This document shows, in pieces, positions 1 to 14,318 of a DNA stretch of 64,000 nt. Under the pieces are notes generated by a model. That model did no database searches. It saw only the letters and a program-made list of their open reading frames with translations, and was not told the origin of the DNA. A program made the translations under genes and the position numbers. This DNA comes from Octopus vulgaris (lineage: Eukaryota), in NCBI GenBank assembly GCA_951406725.2, contig OX597825.1, forward strand, positions 25,544,001-25,608,000. Direction: 5' to 3'. Positions within the stretch are counted from its first letter, which is position 1. Every line of letters starts with the position of its first letter.

Positions 1-23
1 TGGCATGAACTGCTCTCTCACTC

Positions 24-24
<1 letters not shown>

Positions 25-61
<37 letters not shown>

Positions 62-81
62 TGATGATAATAATAATAATG

Positions 82-113
<32 letters not shown>
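25..113. repeat. (AAT/GAT)n microsatellite; a second array lies at 421-512
   Basis: Direct reading of the sequence. Confidence 0.95.
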
Positions 114-116
<3 letters not shown>

Positions 117-417
117 GACCTGGAAATAGAGGTAACTAGAATGTGGAATCTGAAAACAGAAACAATTCCTATCATAGTAGGTGCATTAGGCATGATAAAA
201 AAATATTCAGACAAATATATAACAAAAACACCAGGACTTACAAACACATATAACATACAGAAAATTGCACTACTAGGCACTGCACACATCCTACGCAGAA
301 CACTTTCCATACAATAACCATCAGAGCATCACAACAAATCACAGCACATACCCAAGGCACACAGAGCTGCGCTCGGTAGTGAAGTGAAAGCACGCTATAA
401 AAATAAAAATAAAACTA

Positions 418-420
<3 letters not shown>
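114..420 (+). mobile_element. 5'-truncated R4/Dong-type (RLE) non-LTR retrotransposon 3' end within (AAT)n
   Basis: 114-317 reads KDLEIEVTRMWNLKTETIPIIVGALGMIKK...IQKIALLGTAHILRRTLSIQ*, the typical R4/Dong C-terminus, then ~100 bp 3' UTR. Flanked on both sides by (AAT)n. Confidence 0.85.
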
Positions 421-497
<77 letters not shown>

Positions 498-514
498 CAA
501 CAATAATAATAATT

Positions 515-640
515 TAAAATTTTGGCACATGTCCGCAATTTAGTGGGATGGTGTAGGCTGATTATATTGACCTCAGTGCTCATCTAGTAACTGAAAAGAC
601 GAAGTTTCGATCACGGCGGTATTGGAACTCAAACCGTTAA
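515..640 (-). mobile_element. Degenerate tRNA-derived SINE (type B variant)
   Basis: Similar to 61195-61400 and 31505-31695 (ttttggcaca...gacctcagtgctca...ggaactc). Confidence 0.55.
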
Positions 641-974
641 CAATGATAGTCATAGTAAAAATTATTATAACCATTATTTCATTTAGCATAAGCATTAAAT
701 ATTTTAATGTAATCGACTTTTGAATTTATGCCAGTTGAAAGGAAAATGATGAAGAAAATGAATATAAAAGCGAACAACACTAAAAGACAAAATAAATAAA
801 TAAATAAATATTTCGCTGATTTTGCAAAAGTCACAGATGTTGCAACGTAAAAAAGAAAGAAAAAAAGTAAAGAGAGAATATATAAAAGAAATAGAAAATG
901 GATAAAGGAACAAATTAAAGAATATATAAAATGGAAGTGGCCCACCTTTCTCAGTAATCATCTTCTTCTCTCTT

Positions 975-1017
<43 letters not shown>

Positions 1018-1020
1018 CTC

Positions 1021-1052
<32 letters not shown>

Positions 1053-1135
1053 GATAAACTATCTGTATGTATGCGTGTGTAAACATAAATATATAATGTA
1101 TATATACATATATGTGCATACATATCACGTATCTG

Positions 1136-1224
<89 letters not shown>

Positions 1225-1539
1225 CTATATATGTGTGTATGTATACACCAGTATTTATGTATATATGTATGTATAAATAATAAAAAAACATACGTAATAT
1301 GTATGGGAAGTTGCCTATGTATATATATTCATGCGTATGCAAATGTAAGGCAAAAAATACATACATGCATATATATACATATATAGTATATATATGTGTG
1401 TATGTAGGTATGTATGTATATGCATGTTTGTGAGTATATCTTAAAACATATTTACCAGTTTAAACTGTTTTTACATTTTTTTTTACCCTACAATCATATA
1501 TCGATGAACAGCCGCATATACATGCTTACCTATACAAAC

Positions 1540-1624
<85 letters not shown>

Positions 1625-2264
1625 TCACAGAAAAAGCAAAACATAAGAACGACCAGGTTAAAAAAACAGAGAAATACAAAAGCGAAGATATATCATTTTT
1701 ACCCCGGCAAATATTTCTTAAGAAAATATCGGTGAGAAAATATATTAAGAAATTTTGTTTATCAAACATTCATGATAGACACACGTTCAAGTAATTCAAA
1801 CACTTGTGTTATTTTCTGTGAAGAAAAACAAACAACACGAACACGTCTAAACAAACACACACGCGCGCGCACAAATACACCCATGCGTAGAACCACACCC
1901 ACACTCCTTCACAGGCACACACCTATGTACACAGCTACTTATTCAGCTGGTGTCATATGGTGTTGTTAAGATTCACGTTTACTCGATAATTCAAAAGTCA
2001 GCGTATAATGTAATGCAATATAAGTGTAATATAATATAATATGATATAATATAATATAATATAATATTATATAATATAATGTATGATATAGTATAATATG
2101 ATATTGTATAATGTTATATATGATTTATTATGATATAATGTGATATTATATGATATACATATACACACATACAATTTTTAACCGAAAGCAAGCTACAAGA
2201 GTAAGTCAAGTGCTGTGCGTTTCGTACATGACTACGTATACGTGTGTATCTATCTCTCACTCAC

Positions 2265-2318
<54 letters not shown>

Positions 2319-2497
2319 TAACAATGAGGGTCTTTGCAAGAAGTTGCTAGACCACATACCGAAAGTATTAGAAATAGCAGCCAGATGACTGTCATTTCCT
2401 TTTACTACAAAAATATGTCACCACAGACAACAGTATTTGTAACTCATTGTGTGGCAAAAAAAGAAGAAAAATAACGAAATCAAACAGTCCGCGGTCA

Positions 2498-2555
2498 ATT
2501 ATGGACGTACGTTTCTGGATTAGAATTAAAAATTCATTTCCTTTATCAACATAAT
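2498..2555 (-). ncRNA. Minimal type-I HHR, U3:A8 core variant (Penelope-like element associated)
   Basis: Minus strand: attatg-TTGATAA-a[gga..gaatt ttt aattc..tcc]a-GAA-ACGTACGT-C-cataat. Perfect 6-bp stem I, palindromic stem III, GUC triplet. Confidence 0.75.
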
Positions 2556-2721
2556 ATTCCGGTAAATAAATCTAGAAATGCCAGGAAATCTTACCCTCCA
2601 TATTTCCGATCGGGCGACATCGGGGCATACGGAAGCTAATCAGAATATCCACATTTATATAGACGAGTGAATTCGTATTTCCCTCCAGAATTTTTCCCAC
2701 GTGAGTCACAAATATTACTGC

Positions 2722-2816
<95 letters not shown>

Positions 2817-2819
<3 letters not shown>

Positions 2820-3060
2820 TATTATCTCACTTTACGAGTTCCTACTTTACGAGACACTCGGTTTACGAGTTTTATTCTTCAAGCACCAGATTTTGAACGA
2901 GGGGCAAAATGTCTACTACCATAACAAATGCTTCTGCGAGTCACCGAGTAATTTATAAGGAGAGCGAAAACAAAAAGCTTCTCCAAGCAAACCACTGTAG
3001 ATTTGCTTTTAAAAAGAAATCTGCAAGTCTGTCTACGAGTACTTGTGAATCGGTGATCGC
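2817..3060 (+). mobile_element. pogo/Tigger-like DNA transposon terminus
   Basis: Begins TA|CAGT after a (TA)n run and carries three tttacgag motifs typical of Tigger-type ends. The opposite end was not found. Confidence 0.45.
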
Positions 3061-3115
3061 GTTTAAAAGTGATTAGTGTGCGAGTTTAGTGCGATCGAAA
3101 AGTGATTCAGAAAAC

Positions 3116-3167
<52 letters not shown>

Positions 3168-3297
3168 GTGATGGTGATAATAATAATAATAGTAATAATA
3201 ATGATGATAATATTTTACTGTATATGTATACACACACACACACACACACACGAATATATTAAATAAAACGAGACATCAAAGCCAAGGCTGTGAGGTA

Positions 3298-3345
3298 GTC
3301 TTACAGCTGTTTCTGGGATATTAGAGATATCCTTTCATCAGAGAC
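3298..3345 (-). ncRNA. Minimal type-I HHR with canonical core in a Penelope-like fragment
   Basis: Minus strand: gtct-CTGATGA-aa[ggatat ctcta atatcc]ca-GAA-ACAGCTGT-A-agac. Confidence 0.78.
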
Positions 3346-3728
3346 GATATGAGAGAATTAACCAAAGGGAAAGAGTAGAGTTCAGTATAAGGAGTTATTT
3401 TGGAAAAGAATGGACTTAGAAAGTATAAAGGGAAATAAGAGAATAAACAGAAAAGTAAAAATATATGCAGGATGCTACAGTTGCAGTTCTATCTTCCAAT
3501 GAACAGCAGATGGAACTTATGTCTCCAAACTATCCACTTGTAATAACAAAATATGAACTCCTATTGGAACATACATACCATGGACAAGAAGCATTTCTAT
3601 CTATTCTACACAGCACTATTCTATTCTATTGTATGTGTGAATGTGAGTGTGTGTGTGTGTGTGTGTGTATGTGTGTGTGTGTGTATGTATGTATGCATGT
3701 ATGTATGTATATGTATGTATATATATAT

Positions 3729-3948
3729 TCTTTTATTCTTTTATTCCTGTACTTGTTTCAGTAATTTGACTACGGCCATGCTGGAGCACCACCTTTAGTC
3801 GAGCAAATTGACCCCAGAACTTATTGTTTGTAAGCCTAGTACCTGTTCTATCGAATTCATTTGCCGAATCGCTAAGTTACAGGGACATAAACACACCAGC
3901 ATCGCTTGTCAATCGATGTTGTGTGGACTAACACAGACACACAAACAT

Positions 3949-4015
<67 letters not shown>

Positions 4016-4172
4016 AATGACAGGCTTTTATCAGTTTCCGTCCACCAAATCCACTCACAAAGTTTTGGTCGGCCCGAGACTATAGTAGAAGACACTTGCC
4101 AAAGGTGCCACGCAGTGGGACTGAACCCGGAACCATGTGGCTGGTAAGCAAGCTACTTACCACACAGCCACT
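3729..4172 (-). mobile_element. tRNA-derived SINE type A, near full length
   Basis: Reverse complement of 23488-23905. A/B boxes (ggctgtgtgg, ggttcagtccc), internal microsatellite, gactgaaacaagtaaaaga-like tail. Confidence 0.9.
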
Positions 4173-5108
4173 GGAATTCACGAGACATTTTATACAGAAC
4201 CATTCGATCGTTTCACCCATCATGCACCGGTACCTTACAGATGAGATGCTGTGCAAAATGTTATGAATCATCGCAGGTGCAGCTGCGTCTTGTCAGGTGA
4301 ATTTTCAAAAGGCGCCTCCATTTTTATTCACCGTTTCGTTTATTTCTATATCAACACATTTGGTAATTGTAGCGTACTATGCCTCTCCATAAAAAAAAAA
4401 CTAAGATATGATGAAGAATTCTTTACATGTAAGCAATAAGATAAGTATACGAGAATAAAAGAACAAGGAATCAAAAATAAAAGAAATGAATGAAATAAAA
4501 TGTAACAGACCGATAACAAAACACCGTTAGATAAAAATCTGAAATACACACGCAATCGAAATAGAACTAAAAAAACAATCAGACAATAAATTGACCTTTA
4601 CATTTCGTCAAAACAAATAATCCAGCATATACACACATCGTACATGCATTATATCTATATATATATGTGTGTCTGTGTGTGTGTTTGTGTGTATCTTTAT
4701 ATATATGTTTATATATGTGCGTATGTAAATATATATATATATATATGCATACACATTATTCATATACGTATATATCCATTTTCTGTGTATATATTTTACA
4801 CGAAGGTAACACACACACAAACACACACGCACACCAACACACGCACGCTTATGTATGAATGCATAACACAGACATCAATCCATAAATACATATGAACATA
4901 AATAAGGTGTGTTATGAGCATTTATAGAAAACGTATCCTATATAAACTCAACAAACAATTAAAGAAGGAGAAGTGATGTTAAAAGTTTTGTAAAATATTA
5001 ATCCATGCATACGGTCGTTTCGAATGGTAATATTAATATGTAAGTAACATAGAAAAAAATTAAAGTTAATTACCTATTAGTGCACATATTAGTGCACAAA
5101 GTTTGACT

Positions 5109-5787
5109 TTAAGAGTCTCTTGCTTGTAGGTCATGTTCAACTAAACGACGAGACACAGTTTTTCGAGATAAAGTTTTCTTCAATACAATGCTCATTTTTC
5201 GAGAAACAGCAGCAGCAGTTTTAAATCTGTCCTTTTTAACCAACTTTACCATAGCACGATCTTCTCTCTTGGTCGTTTTTCTTGGCCTACCTGTAAACTT
5301 TCTTGCTTCACACGAACCACAATCATCGTAGACCTTACGAATACCGTGTACAACACTTTTTGACTTGTTAACAATCTTTGCAATAGATCCAATACTTAAA
5401 TTATCCTTCCTTCGAAGCTTAATAATGTGCTGACGAAGTGGTAACGGAGTAAGTGGCATTATATTAACAAAGTACACTGCAAATATTCTTACTAATGTTT
5501 AGTAAACGAACCGTCACGTAAACAAATTCAAAACATTAGAGTTCGCCGGTTAAATATGCTAAAACACGGAGTAAAAGCATTTTGGCCCCATAGGTTTTGC
5601 AGTAAATCACTTAATCATCCATAACTTTTGTATTATCCTCTCAAATTACACCAAAATCTCAGGTAATAACAAATAATATCGTGTTTATTGTCTGTGAAAA
5701 TTATAGAATATAAAACAACTTTGATAAAAAATTATATCTACTTTTCTGACGAAAACAATGCCGTTCGGAAAAGTTTGGCCGCCACTG
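5109..5787 (-). mobile_element. Tc1-like DNA transposon, left end and N-terminal transposase only
   Basis: TA|CAGTGGCGGCCAAAC terminus at 5787. ORF 5109-5477 has an HTH region and GRPRKTTKREDR. The DDE domain is absent. Confidence 0.85.
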
Positions 5788-6038
5788 TACATACATATGT
5801 CCATACTCACACCAAACATTAAGAAGATGTCATTTGCTTCTCTTATCCCTTTTTGAAACCCGTTTGTTCTTTTGGTCCCCTATATCTGAACGTCCGACTG
5901 GGGACAGTTCTTAAGTATTTCCTAAACTAGAGTTAATTCATTAGAACACAGCCTATATTTATTCATACACATACACATATTTATTATACACATACACTAC
6001 ATATACATTACACATAGATGTATATGCCAACCTTTACG

Positions 6039-6167
<129 letters not shown>

Positions 6168-6559
6168 CATTCTTATATGTATATATATACATAGAGATTT
6201 TTATTTGCATATATTTATAAATATATATATGTATGTTAATACCTACCCACACGACACATGCACTTAAATACACCCATATATACTCACACTCATATTTACA
6301 TACATATCTACAAATTTCTCCCCCCCTCTCTCTCTACACACACATCTATATGTATATATATACACACATAGATGTACAGATATCTATACACGCATGTATA
6401 TACAAATATATGTTTTTATGTATTTATATATATATGTATACACATGCACACATATCTATCTATCTATACATACATACATACATACATACATACATACAGA
6501 TACAGGGACATATACATGAATGAACTATACCTCTCACGGGCATACATCTGTATGTTGTT

Positions 6560-7100
6560 GGTCTGCATTGTTATGTGTTTTCTTTTGTTGAGATGCTTTT
6601 GATGTTTGTGGTGTTGGAGATGTTTATAATTGCATTTGTAGTAGGTTGTATGGGTTTGTGAGGGTTTGCTAGTGTTCGTGTGTCCCCCTCTAATCTCTTT
6701 GGTTTTAATCTTGTGCCGCGATATTCATTTTGTAATTTTTTTCTTTCGTCAGGATACTTTCTACTAGATTTCCTAGAGTGTTTTCCTCTTTAGACGAGAT
6801 TTCACAATCGGAAAAATCTTTGGCAGGTTGGGTAAAGGTATGTCTGCACAGTTGCGCATTTCTAAGCTGGTGGTCTGGTCGACTGGTGAAGGTGAGCCTT
6901 CTCTAACGTGCAGTGGTGTCAGCGTTGTTTTTTTCCCTCGGATGTGATACCGGTGCTTACTGCTGATGTTGAATGAATTTCCCCTGCTGCTCTTTCTGTT
7001 GATGCTTCTTCGTCTTCCAGTCAGGGCTCACGCTATAAGGCACAAAGAATAATCTCTAATTCGAGCCTACTCTAAGCTACTAAGAATGCGTGTGGCAACT
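6560..7100 (-). mobile_element. Highly decayed LINE ORF1-like fragment
   Basis: A/C-rich minus strand; aaacccatac motif shared with 11230. No intact frame. Confidence 0.3.
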
Positions 7101-7154
7101 TGAAGATCCACCCACCACACGGGATAGACTGGCGGTTGCACGGGCGCGTATGCT

Positions 7155-7492
7155 ACGTTGTTATCCTCATTCCGTAAACGGTGGCTTTTAACGGGTGGAG
7201 AGCTGAACCATCATGGGGTACAGATGATTCGCAATCTAGACTAGGGTCTGAAAGTTTACCACACCATAGTGGGTTACACAATGGTTCTTCTGAGTTTCTG
7301 GCAAAAGTAGAACGGAAGAGTGAGAGAAAGTTGTGGTGAAGGAATACAGTGGGCTTCACCATCCCTCCCCGCCGGAGCCTCATGGAGCTTAGATGTTTTT
7401 TGCCCAATAAACACAATGCTCGGTCTTTGACTCGAAGCCGCGTTCTTACGACCGTGAGTCCGCTGCCCTAACCACTGGGCCATTGCACCTCC
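7155..7492 (-). mobile_element. tRNA-derived SINE type C (alternative tail)
   Basis: Head ggtgcaatggcccagtggttagggcagcggactcacggtcgtaag matches 55229-55400. The 3' part differs. Confidence 0.8.
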
Positions 7493-7952
7493 TCTGTTGA
7501 GGCTGTTGTTGTTTTGTATACTGCTGCTCTGGGCATTGATGCTTTTGTTGTTGTTGTTGCTGTTGTTATTGTTGTTGTGTTAGAGGTGTCTGCAACAGGA
7601 GGATATTTTTCTTTACATGTGGCAGGCACACACACACAAACACACGCATACATACGTCTATTAATACATACATATATACGTACGTATATATATATATATG
7701 CGTACATACATTCATATATACATAGATACACTCATACACAAATACGCGTGTACATATATGCAAACAAATATTATTAACAAGTTTATGGTAGTGTCTGGAA
7801 TATAATATATGTTCTTGTAATGTATAAAACATATCCATGTATATCTTTTATGTATTAAATATAGCTTCTGTATTCATCTTATATTGAAATACGCATACAC
7901 AAACACACATAAATATATATTATAAACATATATAAAAAATAAGGCCTATTGT

Positions 7953-8231
7953 TAAGTTATATATTATAAAATCTCACAATTCATATTTACGATAATCATC
8001 AAACACACACACATAATATTCATCACGTCCATATATAATATATAATATATATGCATATATATACATACACATATAAGTGTGTGTATGTGTGTATATATTA
8101 TAAGTTATATATTATAAAATCTAACAATTCATATTTACGATATTCATCAAACACACACACACAAAGTATTCATCACACCCACATATATATATAATATATG
8201 CATATATACACACATACACATATAAGTGTGT

Positions 8232-8250
<19 letters not shown>
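7953..8250. repeat. Two-copy ~148-bp tandem duplication
   Basis: taagttatatattataaaatct.acaattcatatttacgata starts at both 7953 and 8101. Confidence 0.85.
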
Positions 8251-8275
<25 letters not shown>

Positions 8276-9450
8276 GCACAAATATCGGCAGCATTTGATG
8301 AATTACAAAAATATAAAGTAGATTCATCTGGGCTATACGTCTTGTATATAATAGAATTGGGTGTATATGTATACCTACTCAACCATATACACACACATGC
8401 ATACAAATATACACACGCATATATATATGAAATTTATGTTATATGTAACCAATATTATTATGTTTCAAATGAAATATGTACTTACCGTGTCCGATGTCCA
8501 AATTACTTCCCCTCTATCTTTAACCTATCCAAGTTGACTTGTCTATATCTGATATCAATTTTTGATAAGTGTTTATCTACCCGACATTTATCACAATATT
8601 TACGCTCATCGAAATATGAGTCCGCTGCAAAATTACAGCAAGTGAGATCACAAATTTCTACCACTACCACGTAGGCTTTTTGGCCTTTTAGTTTTGCAAC
8701 GTTTATGGTTTATGTCGAAACGGTTGAAGAAAGAAATTAAGATGTTGAAATATCAATGAAGTTGTTTGTTTCTACTTGTCTAATACATACATACATACGT
8801 ACATACATACATGCATACATACATATTTACATGCATACATGCATGATTACATATATACATGCATGCATACATCCATATATATATGCATATAACTATATTT
8901 ACATACATATATACATACGTACATGCATATAACTATATTTACATACATATATACATACGTACATGCATACATGCATACATTGATGCATACATATGTACAC
9001 TTATATTAGAAAAATATGTGCATGCAAACACACATACACTCAGACACACACACACATATATGTAGATATACTCACTTATACCGTACCCCACATGAGTACA
9101 AACAAACACACACAGATATAGTACAAATAAGCTTCGATGAATGAATCTAGGACGTTTTTTTTTATTAGTTACAGTTGTTTCGGTATCACTTCTTTATGAA
9201 ATTCCTCCTCAACTCAAAAGTTACAAAATGTTTGTAGTTGTTTATAGAACAGAAACCCGCAAATATCACGTAAAATTTCAATTTATTTTCAGCTCTAAGG
9301 ACTTTAGAAAGGGTGTGGTACGGAAACAATATAAAAGAACAATCTGGAAATTTTTAAGCAATGCACCTGGAATTTCTGCCTCAGCCGACTTTCAATTTTT
9401 CTCGAGGTTCGATTTTGAGCTTGCACACATAAGCACACACACACACACAC

Positions 9451-9510
<60 letters not shown>

Positions 9511-9610
9511 ACACACGTATTTGTTTATTCATTTAAAAACTGAATAGAAATGGCTTTTCTGGTAATTCAAATATAAAATTCTGTACAAAGAACTTCTACT
9601 TCTTATTCTA

Positions 9611-9812
<202 letters not shown>

Positions 9813-10045
9813 CTACCTATCTCTGATGTGAATGGACTGTAAACAGATCGGCTCTAAGTAAGTTGGCGATTTTTGTGAAGAAAAAATGTTTGTTTTTGGA
9901 ATATTTTTCTGTGAAAGAGTTGTCTAACTGCATCACCTTCAACCTCAGTAAATCTTTTAATAGGAAATTCCACCACTGTGCTTGAATTTCCAAAATTGAA
10001 AAAAAAAACATTTTCCTCAGTTTCCTTGTCATCTTCTAAACGAAA

Positions 10046-11340
10046 ATGGCTAAATCAAACCAGGAAGCTATCGACTTCCCGCCTCTACTAAAGTCAGAGG
10101 GGAAGGAAGCTGAAGAGAAAGTCGTTCCGCTTGAACGCACATAGAAATCGCCAGTCTGGCCTTAGAAGATACAAACAAAGAAGTAAAGACAACGTTTACT
10201 ATTATAAACACTGCCTCCACCACTACCGCCATCGCCACCACAATCAACACGAGCACTCAAAGCAATTTTGCCGCAGCTTTAAATCTGAAGAAAAGAATTA
10301 TGTCTTTTTCGAAGGAAGAACTGCTTGCTTACAAGGCAATGTTTAAAAAAGACGAACACACCATACAACTGCAAACACCTCAAAAAATCACTGAAATTAG
10401 AAAAAAAACAATTATTTACAAGACACTCAATCTAAAAACAAAGCTTTACGAAACTGCCTCCCAAGAAACAGTAGAAAAATGTTTAAGGCCCATATGGGCC
10501 TTTAAAGACTACATCACCAGGGTTAAACATAATTGCCACTATCGAAGTTAGATTCGACAGTGAAGAACGAGCCAAGGACCTCCCCACAAAGTCTTTTGAA
10601 TGCAAGAACTTAATGATGATCCCTATATACCTTGGTCGTAGTGTGGCAAAAATAAAAATAAAAGATGTGCCTCCTGAGATAGAAATAAAATGGCTTTTGT
10701 CTGCCATTTGTCAAGATATCGAGGCGGCAATCCATATCTTGGAAGTCCTGGACCAGCAAAACCGGATTAGTCAAGGAGTGGAAATCCTTGCTCAAGTTGA
10801 TCCAATCAACATTGAAAGGATTCCACGTCAAATCGAACTGGCAGACAACTTGCATGTGGCCGTCGAAGGCTACGTTGCTACGTTTCACACCTGAAAATTA
10901 ATTGCCCGCTAGCACAGAAACAGAAGCAACAGCAACAGCAATCACAACAACAAGATCAACAACAACAATAACAACAACAACAACAACAACAACCACAATA
11001 AGAAAACAAAAAACCTAGAAAAACCAGCACTGCTACTCACACCGTCATATGCGCAATTGATAAAATAGTTCTAGAAACAAATTAAGGGACATCAGTAACC
11101 AACAAAGCAGCCAAACCAAATGACACCACCATCAGCGCCACCAAGAACAGAAACACCATCACCACCGTCACCAACAATAACTCCAAAAGGAAGAAGAGAA
11201 AACCAAAAGGACTCATATCTCATCCTCAAAAACCCATACACTACATCCCAACTGTCACCAACTAGCACCAACACCAACAAAAAAAATCAACAAACTGGTG
11301 GTGCCCCAGCATGGCCGCGGCCTTCGAGCTGAAACATTTT
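10046..11340 (+). pseudogene. Decayed ORF1 of an L1/Tx1-like LINE
   Basis: Broken frames KTIIYKTLNL...IATIEVRFDSEERAK...PIYLGRSVAKIKIKDVPPEIEIKWL (RRM-like ORF1 pattern), followed by a low-complexity Q/P/T tail. Confidence 0.6.
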
Positions 11341-11374
11341 TTTTTAAGGAAACTCAGAAATAACCACAGTTTCC

Positions 11375-11485
11375 GTCTGCCAAGTTTACTTCCGTGACAG
11401 AGTAGAAGACACTCAAGATGTCGTACAGTGTAACTGAACAGGAGACCACGTGGTTGCAAAGCGAAATTCTTAATCACAGAGCCAT
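11375..11485 (-). mobile_element. Degenerate SINE type A 5' part
   Basis: cagtttccgtct...agtagaagacact...ccacgtggttg. Confidence 0.6.
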
Positions 11486-12058
11486 TTTCGTGCCAATACA
11501 AAGTACCAAAATTAACAAAATTAAGCTAGAATACTAATCAGTTAAAATGAGATAATATTTATTTGTAGAGGTAAAATTTTTGCGCCTGGGTTTCTTGGCA
11601 TCGGTTGTGCTTCATGACGCCGCACAGAAAATGTTCTTCAAAGGAAAACTGAATGTGTTTACCTTATTAATCTGAGCTGATATCTTGAAACTTATTTTAC
11701 ATTGTCCTGGCTTTGTTGAAGGAATAAGTAACAGCCAAATACAGAGGCCGGTTTTATTCAGTAATATACATAATTGTGGCCTTGTATTATTGTTAGAAAA
11801 ATGATCATATATATTTTACACAATTGAAAAGACAATATACAATTGAATTCACAATATACAATATCTCATGAATAAGAGACAAAGATACTCTTTTTTTTTC
11901 ATTATTAGCTGGAATGAGAAATGTACATGAAAATTTAGTTTGAGACAGAATTGAAAAGTTAAGAATAAAGCAAACAGCAGAGAAGACGTAGGAATTTGTA
12001 GAAATGAACGAGAAATTGTTATTAGAAAAATATACACTTATACTTCTATCTGTGTGTG

Positions 12059-12135
<77 letters not shown>

Positions 12136-12138
12136 ATA

Positions 12139-12194
<56 letters not shown>

Positions 12195-12258
12195 CTAAGC
12201 CACTTGGTGTTACATTGATGGTATTATTAAATTAATATCAAATTTTTCACCCTCATTT

Positions 12259-12306
<48 letters not shown>

Positions 12307-12323
12307 CATATATTACATATATT

Positions 12324-12380
<57 letters not shown>

Positions 12381-12503
12381 ATTAATATATGCATGTATGC
12401 TATACATATATACATATTACATACACACACACGCACGCACATACACGCACACATATATATATATATCATATTATCATATACAGACACATATATATGTTCA
12501 TAA

Positions 12504-12569
<66 letters not shown>

Positions 12570-12947
12570 GTATGTACATTAACATGTACATATAAGTACA
12601 TGTGAATATAGGCATATATGAATATATATAGGTATATTTGTATCTCCCCCTCTCTCTCTCTCTCTCTCTCTCTTTTTACCAGCCTGCCTATCTATCGGTA
12701 TTTGTTCTTCACCTTAGTATCTTTCTGTGTGTTTGTTGAATATCTCTACAGCGCTGAAATAATAACTCTTTCGAAATGGAGTATTACTCGTTATTAATGA
12801 GCCGAATCTCTTATGTAACAGCAAAGACAGGTAAATGAGGTTGGTCTGAAGTTCAGTGTTAATAGTGAAGTTCGGAAATCAGAATTCCAATAATATTCAC
12901 AGCAGCTATTATAGTTTTCTCGAAATATTTCCTCATTTGACGCTATT

Positions 12948-13058
<111 letters not shown>

Positions 13059-13064
13059 TATATA

Positions 13065-14318
13065 CAGGGGTTGGAGAAAATAATGGAAACACCTAGCATC
13101 ATAGCATCGCAATTTTGAAATATCTATAAAACCGCCAAAAGCTTGTTTATTTTTGTTTTTGTTTTATTATTAGTGTTTCTTAATATGTTTTGCTAAAATT
13201 GCTCTTTCTTTTCGGATATTAGCAGAAAAAGGTAATTAAAATTCATTAAAATGACAGGTCTATCGGACTTTCAAAGAGGTCAAATTGTTGGTGCTCGTAT
13301 GGCAGGCGCTAGTGTAAAGAAAACAGCCGAAATGTTTGGTGTATCAAGAAGTACTGTCTCGAAAGTAATGATAGCCTTTGATAAAGTGGGAAAAACCTCC
13401 TCGTCGAAACAAAACTCTGGAAGAAAACCGAGACTTTCAGATAGGAACCGTCGGACTCTTACGCGAATTGTTAGAAAGGAACACAAAAGTACAGCTCCCA
13501 AAATTACAGCAGTGCTTAATGATCACTCGAGAACCCAGTTTCCACAAAAACTGCTCGTCGGGTATCACGGGAGGGCTGCAATCAGAAAACCACTACTTAA
13601 AAAAAAAAGAAAGTTGCAAAGCGTTTAGAGTGGAGTAAAATCCTACAGAATTGGTACCTAAAACAATGAAAGAATGTTATTTTCTGGGATGCGTCATCCT
13701 TTACTTTATTCCGACCACCGGCCGAGTATACATGTGGAGACAGCCGTAAGAAGTATTTGACCCAGACTGCCTTTTTGCAACTAGTAAATATGGAGGAGGA
13801 TCTGTGATGATCTGGGGGTGGGTGGGTGGTTGGGCTATATCTTAGAAATCTGCCGGCCCAATAGTTTCCTTTCATGGTCGAATTAATAGTCAAGACTCTT
13901 TATACATTTTATGTGATCAAATTCATCCCATGGTTGCGGAACTGTTTCCAGAGAGAAACGCAATCTTTCAGGATGATAATGCACAAATTAAATTTGTTAC
14001 TGAATGGCACGAGGAAAATTCTAGTGAAGTTGAACATTTTATCTGGCCACCACAATCCCCAGATATCAATGTCATTGAACATTTATGGTGCATTTTAGAA
14101 AAACAAGTAAGGAGCCGATATCCTCCACCATCATCACTACAGAACTGGAGACTGTTTTAGCCGGAGAATGGACAAAAATTCCTCTGGAAACAATTGAAAC
14201 TTTGTACGTGTCCATACCTCGTAGAATTCAATCTGTAATTACTGCCAAAGACGGTCCTACCCCATATTAAAATTAATTTGTTTGAAATTTTAAGGCATTT
14301 ACATTACTTGTCCAACCC

